The translations under genes were made by a program, and so were the position numbers. Below, piece after piece: positions 59,762 through 64,000 of a stretch of 64,000 bases of DNA. Origin of the DNA: Flavobacteriaceae bacterium (GTDB lineage Bacteria > Bacteroidota > Bacteroidia > Flavobacteriales > Flavobacteriaceae); assembly GCA_038107695.1 (NCBI GenBank), contig JAYNHF010000004.1:8576-72575 (forward strand). Direction: 5' to 3'. Each line of letters opens with the position of its first letter. Within the stretch, counting starts at the first letter, position 1. The notes below the pieces were generated by a model. It ran no database searches, was not told the origin of the DNA, and saw nothing but the letters and a program-made list of their open reading frames with translations.

Positions 59762-61594
59762 ATGAAAAAAAGAGCATTTTTATTATTCATATTTCTAATT
59801 ATTGGATTAAATGGTTTTTCACAGACAAAAGCAATAAGTTATCAGGCAGTAATTCTCAATCCTCAACAGCAGGAATTACCTGGTAGTAATATACAGACCA
59901 ATGTACTCATGCATAGGTATGTTAGTATCCAGTTTGTCATTGAAGGACCAGCAGGTGATATTCAATATGAAGAAGTTCACAACACAAAGACAGACCGTTT
60001 TGGGATGATCAATCTTTTGATTGGTAAAGGTCAAAAGGTAAGTGTCAATACTTTTGATGAAATATCATGGGATGGTACAGGAAAAATGTTGAAAGTAGGA
60101 ATTGATTTTTCTGGCGGTTCTAACTTTGAACCTTTAGGTCAGCAAGAGCTTACTTTTTACCCCCAACCTCCCTCTGAGGAAGTAAGGGCACAAATAGATC
60201 AATTAGAGGAAACTGTCTCCAAAAATTCGAAAAAGGTTGGTCTGTCTGACGCACACATTAATACCCTTGAAATTGTCTCGGGCATTACTACTCAAACCCT
60301 TCAGGAAATTAATGACAATAATGAAAAAATTAATGAAATTGAATCTAAGGTTTCAGATTTGGAAGATGACATCGGTAATGTTTCTTTTAATGAATTGAAC
60401 GCAGCAACAAAAGCCTATATAGACCAATTACTTATTAAAGTAGCGGATCCAGCCAAATTGATTGCAGCTGGATTTTCATTTGCTGCAGTAACAGGAGGAA
60501 AAACGGTAGCACAACTGTATGCCGATGGAATTTCGGTTGCTGATCTTATTCAGTCAGGTGCAACAGCCACAGAATTAATTAATGCTGGTGCACCAGTTTC
60601 GGAAATGTTCAACGGTGGTTTAAGTTATACTGAACTGGTCACCGGTGGAGTAAGTGTTTCTGACCTCCAGTCTATTGGGGCAAGTACTTCGGATCTTGTT
60701 GCCGCCAATGCTTCAATATCTGAAATGATCGCAGCGGGAATTAGTGTTGGTGATTTATTGAATGAAAATGTTACTGTAAGCCAGCTTGTCTCTGGAAACG
60801 CTCCCATAAGCGACCTATTGTCTGCGGGGGTTAATGTTGGAGAATTGGTAAGCGCAAATGCTAGCTTGGCAGATATGTTGGCAGCAAATATTAGCATCCA
60901 AGATCTTCTCAATGAAAATGTAACGGTAAATGCCTTGGTTTCAAGCGGAGCCTCTGTTTCTGACCTTATAGCGGCAAGTGTAACAACTGCGCAGTTGGTT
61001 AGTGCAGGCGCTTCAACTTCAGATATGTTGGCAGAAAGTAGTATTAGCGTTCAAGATCTACTCGATGCCGATGAAACTGTACTAAATCTATTGAATGCCT
61101 CCGTAACGGCTTCAAGTTTGATTGGAAAGCTGTACCAAGGAGGTATCATTACCTACGTTAATAACTCTGACGGAACAGGCTTAATTGCAGCACTTTCTGA
61201 TGCCTCTGGATCTGTAATTGATTGGGCAAATCCTGCTTCACAAGTTATGGGTACCAGTGCAGCAATTGGTGCTGGTGCAGACAATACAACTAAAATAATT
61301 ACGGCATTAGGCACTGGAATATCTGCTGCTGCTCAGGCAAATGCATATACTAGTGGCGGATATAATGATTGGTTTTTACCCAGTCCTGACGAAATAAAGA
61401 CCCTTTGGGATAACCTCGCCACACTTAATTCAACTACTGGCTTTACAGATATTAAATATTTTACTTGGACATCTCACAATAATAATGGTGGCACTTACGC
61501 TCAAAGATTAAAAAAACCAGATGGTACGATTGCTGGTGCTGGACAAACAGGAAACAATGGAAATAACTATGTACGACCCATGCGTTATTTCTAA
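59762..61594 (+). CDS. secreted fibre-like protein: N-terminal Ig-like module, coiled coil, ~22 x 10-aa repeat tract and C-terminal DUF1566 (Lcl C-terminal-like) domain
   Basis: The ATG at 59762 gives the signal peptide MKKRAFLLFIFLIIGLNGFSQ. The N-terminal 'ISYQAVILNP...QFVIEG...YEEVH...FGMINLLIGKG...ISWDG...LKVGIDFSGG' pattern is common in Bacteroidota tail-fibre-like proteins. Heptad-like stretch 'QIDQLEETV...INEIESKVSDLEDDI'. C-terminal 'GGIITYV..GTGLIAA...W...IGAGADNT..I...GGYNDWFLPSPDEIKTLW' matches the DUF1566 pattern. Confidence 0.6.
   Translation: MKKRAFLLFIFLIIGLNGFSQTKAISYQAVILNPQQQELPGSNIQTNVLMHRYVSIQFVIEGPAGDIQYEEVHNTKTDRFGMINLLIGKGQKVSVNTFDEISWDGTGKMLKVGIDFSGGSNFEPLGQQELTFYPQPPSEEVRAQIDQLEETVSKNSKKVGLSDAHINTLEIVSGITTQTLQEINDNNEKINEIESKVSDLEDDIGNVSFNELNAATKAYIDQLLIKVADPAKLIAAGFSFAAVTGGKTVAQLYADGISVADLIQSGATATELINAGAPVSEMFNGGLSYTELVTGGVSVSDLQSIGASTSDLVAANASISEMIAAGISVGDLLNENVTVSQLVSGNAPISDLLSAGVNVGELVSANASLADMLAANISIQDLLNENVTVNALVSSGASVSDLIAASVTTAQLVSAGASTSDMLAESSISVQDLLDADETVLNLLNASVTASSLIGKLYQGGIITYVNNSDGTGLIAALSDASGSVIDWANPASQVMGTSAAIGAGADNTTKIITALGTGISAAAQANAYTSGGYNDWFLPSPDEIKTLWDNLATLNSTTGFTDIKYFTWTSHNNNGGTYAQRLKKPDGTIAGAGQTGNNGNNYVRPMRYF
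60452..61125 (+). repeat. in-frame degenerate tandem repeat, 30-nt / 10-aa period (~22 units, consensus S-x-S-D-L-[VIL]-x-A-G-[AV])
   Basis: Protein read-out: ...ISVADLIQSG ATATELINAG APVSEMFNGG LSYTELVTGG VSVSDLQSIG ASTSDLVAAN ASISEMIAAG ISVGDLLNEN VTVSQLVSGN APISDLLSAG VNVGELVSAN ASLADMLAAN ISIQDLLNEN VTVNALVSSG ASVSDLIAAS VTTAQLVSAG ASTSDMLAES... Nucleotide identity between units is only moderate. Confidence 0.8.
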
Positions 61595-61622
61595 AATTAA
61601 CAAAAATCAAAATTAATAAACG

Positions 61623-62171
61623 ATGCAAAATACATCTATAAGATGCTTTATATCCTGTCTAATGATGGGACTACTATCCATATCATTATCTGCTCAAGAT
61701 AAAATTGAACTCAAAAACAGTCAGCTAGAAGGATCCAACGCCCAGGGTGAGTTTTACTGGTGGAAACACCAAGCCAAAGGCGGAGGGGAGGCCAACTACT
61801 CTATTGAGTATAATGATGTAAACGAAGGAAGTAAAAAAGCCTTAAAAGCTGAAATCAAATCCTTGGGAACAAAACCTTGGTTCGTCAGCAGTCAATTCAA
61901 TCAGAAATTTAAAGCCAAAGCTGGAGATGAAATCACGATAACTTTTTTTGGAAAAAAAACTACTGGTAATAAAAGTAAAATAAAATTAGTTTTCCAGTCT
62001 GATATCAAAGGGAGTTTTCAAGGAAAAGATTTTATTATGACTGAGGAATGGAAATCATATTCCCACACATTTGTTGTCAATGAAAAAAGTAGTAATAATC
62101 AAATCAAATTTTGGTACATGGAGGTGGGCGCCACCTATTTGATAGATGATGTCAATATCTATAAAAATTAA
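61623..62171 (+). CDS. stand-alone secreted carbohydrate-binding-module-like protein (CBM4_9/CBM22-like beta-sandwich)
   Basis: Signal peptide 'MGLLSISLSAQ'. 'NSQLEG...W...' at the start and 'TEEWKSYSHTF...IKFWYMEVGATYLIDDVNIY' at the end fit the CBM_4_9 pattern (W/Y platform, terminal 'iDDv'). No catalytic domain is present. Confidence 0.5.
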   Translation: MQNTSIRCFISCLMMGLLSISLSAQDKIELKNSQLEGSNAQGEFYWWKHQAKGGGEANYSIEYNDVNEGSKKALKAEIKSLGTKPWFVSSQFNQKFKAKAGDEITITFFGKKTTGNKSKIKLVFQSDIKGSFQGKDFIMTEEWKSYSHTFVVNEKSSNNQIKFWYMEVGATYLIDDVNIYKN

Positions 62172-62216
62172 TAAACTAAAAATAACTTATTTAAAACTAA
62201 ATTGAATTTTACATTA

Positions 62217-63320
62217 ATGAAAAAGACTTCCTTCTTAATACTATTATTTATCATCCTATTTTTTTCAGAGAAAAAGCTCCAAGCCCAGACAAGTGTTTCC
62301 AATGATAAATTTACTGCCAAAAAATTAACTACTAACACAAAATTCTTAAACCCCCCATTAGTTTCAGAGATCTATACAGCAGATCCGTCCGCTCATGTTT
62401 TTGGTGGTCGCATCTATATATATGGATCGCATGATATCGAAAGTACTGTTATTGACGACGACTGCGGAAGTCAATACAGCATGAGAGACTACAGAGTACT
62501 ATCAATGGATTCTGTTGGAGGTCCTGTGACTGTTCACAAAGTTGGATTAGACCTTGATGATGTTCCATGGGCGACCCGACAATTTTGGGCACCAGATGCA
62601 GCCTATAAAAACGGGAAGCATTATCTGTATTTTCCCTCTAAAGATAAAGACGATAGATTCAGAATTGGCGTTGCCGTTTCAAGTAAACCAGAAGGTCCAT
62701 TTGTTGCAGAACCCAACTTCATTCCCGGAAGTTACAGTATAGATCCTGCTGTTTTTACTGATGATGATGGAAGCTCTTATATGTATTTCGGTGGTATATG
62801 GGGTGGCCAATTACAGAGGTGGGAGAATAACACTTATGAAGACTCCAATTGTAAAAAACAAGACAGAGGAAACCCAGAGACTCCAGCGATCATGCCAAGA
62901 ATAGCAAAAATGTCAGATGATATGCTTACTTTCAGTGAGGAGGTTAAAGAAGTGATGATACTTGATGAAAATGGTAATCCAATACTAACAAAAGACCATA
63001 ATCGTCGTTTTTTTGAAGCAGCTTGGATTCACAAATACAAAGGGGTATATTACTTAAGTTATTCAACAGGGAATACCCATTATCTCCAGTATGCCACAGG
63101 CGATAATCCTTATGGCCCATTTGTGTATCAAGGCATAATGAATCAACCCGTTAAAGGTTGGACTAATCACCACTCAGTGGTCGAAATAAACGATCAATGG
63201 TATCTTTTTTACCATGATATAGAACTTTCTAATCAAACCAACTTAAGAAACATAAAGATGGCCAAGTTAACTCATAATAAAGATGGATCTATTCAAACAA
63301 TCAATACCATATTGGATTGA
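62217..63320 (+). CDS. GH43 family glycoside hydrolase (beta-xylosidase/alpha-L-arabinofuranosidase type)
   Basis: Signal peptide. 'YTADPSAHVFGGRIYIYGSHD' (catalytic base Asp region), 'FWAPDAAYKNGKHYLYF' and 'FFEAAWIHKYKGVYYLSYS' (catalytic Glu region) are typical of five-bladed propeller GH43 enzymes. The ATG at 62217 is preferred over the TTG at 62202. Confidence 0.85.
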   Translation: MKKTSFLILLFIILFFSEKKLQAQTSVSNDKFTAKKLTTNTKFLNPPLVSEIYTADPSAHVFGGRIYIYGSHDIESTVIDDDCGSQYSMRDYRVLSMDSVGGPVTVHKVGLDLDDVPWATRQFWAPDAAYKNGKHYLYFPSKDKDDRFRIGVAVSSKPEGPFVAEPNFIPGSYSIDPAVFTDDDGSSYMYFGGIWGGQLQRWENNTYEDSNCKKQDRGNPETPAIMPRIAKMSDDMLTFSEEVKEVMILDENGNPILTKDHNRRFFEAAWIHKYKGVYYLSYSTGNTHYLQYATGDNPYGPFVYQGIMNQPVKGWTNHHSVVEINDQWYLFYHDIELSNQTNLRNIKMAKLTHNKDGSIQTINTILD

Positions 63321-63350
63321 TATGAAATAAAGCTTGGCCTAATATTAATT

Positions 63351-64000
63351 TTAAAAACGTTTGAAAAACTCCCAAACTTTGACCATTATTTGCGGATCTT
63401 CCCAATGTAAATTATGGGCACCATTTTCAACGCGTAAGTACCTTATTTCCTTTTGCTCATTGCAATTAGTAAAAATATAAAGTGTATCCTCACCAACAAG
63501 TTCAATTTGTGGATCAATCTTGCAATTGAAATGATTGGCCCACAATTGCGCACTTTCTAGTGCGTCCAGAAACACATGTCCCAATTTAGGACCTCCGTCA
63601 ATTGGAATTGTGGCATCGGCACCGCCATTGATCTGAAAAACAGATACAGGTTGTGTGTTTTCTCTTAATGGTGAACTTTCCATTAGTTGAGATACTATGG
63701 GAGCGATTGCATTGAAATGATTAGTTTCTATAGCTAGTTTATTGACCATTCCGGATCCATTGGATGTACCGATGGCATATATTTTATCAAAGTCTAAATT
63801 TCTATAATTTCTGAGTTTAGCAAAAATAAGATCAGCAAAAGCAATATCATCTGCTTTGGAGGGCTCGGTTCCTAAATTCCAAGAATTCAAATGACCTTGG
63901 GGATAAATTCCGATAAACTCTCCACTATCAGTAAAGTTTTTTAACCGATTGATCCAACTGGTGTTGGTACCCCCACGCCCATGAAAAGCAAACACTATAG
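63351..64000 (-). CDS. alpha/beta-hydrolase esterase, PHB-depolymerase/CE1-like (feruloyl or acetyl-xylan esterase type); 5' end beyond the window
   Basis: 'FAFHGRGGT' (oxyanion region) and nucleophile elbow 'AIGTSNGSGM' (G-x-S-x-G). The C-terminal 'GAHNLHW' supplies the catalytic His. The ORF is open to the window edge, so it is partial. Confidence 0.7.
   Translation of the reverse strand, partial: IVFAFHGRGGTNTSWINRLKNFTDSGEFIGIYPQGHLNSWNLGTEPSKADDIAFADLIFAKLRNYRNLDFDKIYAIGTSNGSGMVNKLAIETNHFNAIAPIVSQLMESSPLRENTQPVSVFQINGGADATIPIDGGPKLGHVFLDALESAQLWANHFNCKIDPQIELVGEDTLYIFTNCNEQKEIRYLRVENGAHNLHWEDPQIMVKVWEFFKRF

Noticed and set aside
60452-61125. Regular 30-nt periodicity that could superficially suggest a CRISPR-like or satellite array
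   Set aside because: The periodicity is in frame within a long ORF and the units are degenerate at the DNA level. There is no repeat/spacer alternation. It is a protein-coding tandem repeat.

Overview
Densely coding, low-GC chromosomal window. SusC/SusD genes, a hybrid two-component regulator, a T9SS C-terminal sorting domain and TAnnTTTG-type promoter boxes indicate Bacteroidota, probably Flavobacteriia- or Cytophagia-like. Positions 1 to about 43300 are core housekeeping: GH29 fucosidase and GH20 hexosaminidase, an FAD oxidoreductase, a GapN-like aldehyde dehydrogenase, the ilvD-ilvB-ilvN-ilvC operon (minus strand), a class-3 ALDH coupled to a nitroreductase, comM, a creatininase-family gene, a CBM9/DUF5916-like protein and dsbD-tilS. 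These are followed by a complete nine-gene arginine operon (GNAT-argG-argC-proC-argD-argF'-argB-argE-argH), lpdA, nhaC, katG, ftsK-lolA-lptF/G-ribB and tRNA-Ser(UGA). The region after the tRNA (43685 to the window end) looks more AT-rich by eye and is one polysaccharide utilization locus (PUL). It encodes a divergent HTCS regulator, SusC/SusD, a GH10 xylanase, three Cys-type sulfatases, four non-catalytic secreted proteins, a GH43 enzyme and a CE1-like esterase cut by the window end. The four non-catalytic proteins are a minimal T9SS-CTD protein, a small beta-barrel, a 610-aa fibre-like protein (about 22 copies of a 10-residue repeat plus a DUF1566/Lcl-like C-terminal domain) and a stand-alone CBM-like protein. 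I found no CRISPR array, rRNA, transposase or integrase. The most noteworthy items are the xylanase-plus-sulfatase PUL with its embedded surface-fibre module, and a 25-codon ORF ending in ...RPRRP directly upstream of the arg operon (a candidate Arg leader peptide). All functional calls rest on motif recognition by eye, since no database search was possible. Small-feature coordinates may be off by 1-2 nt.
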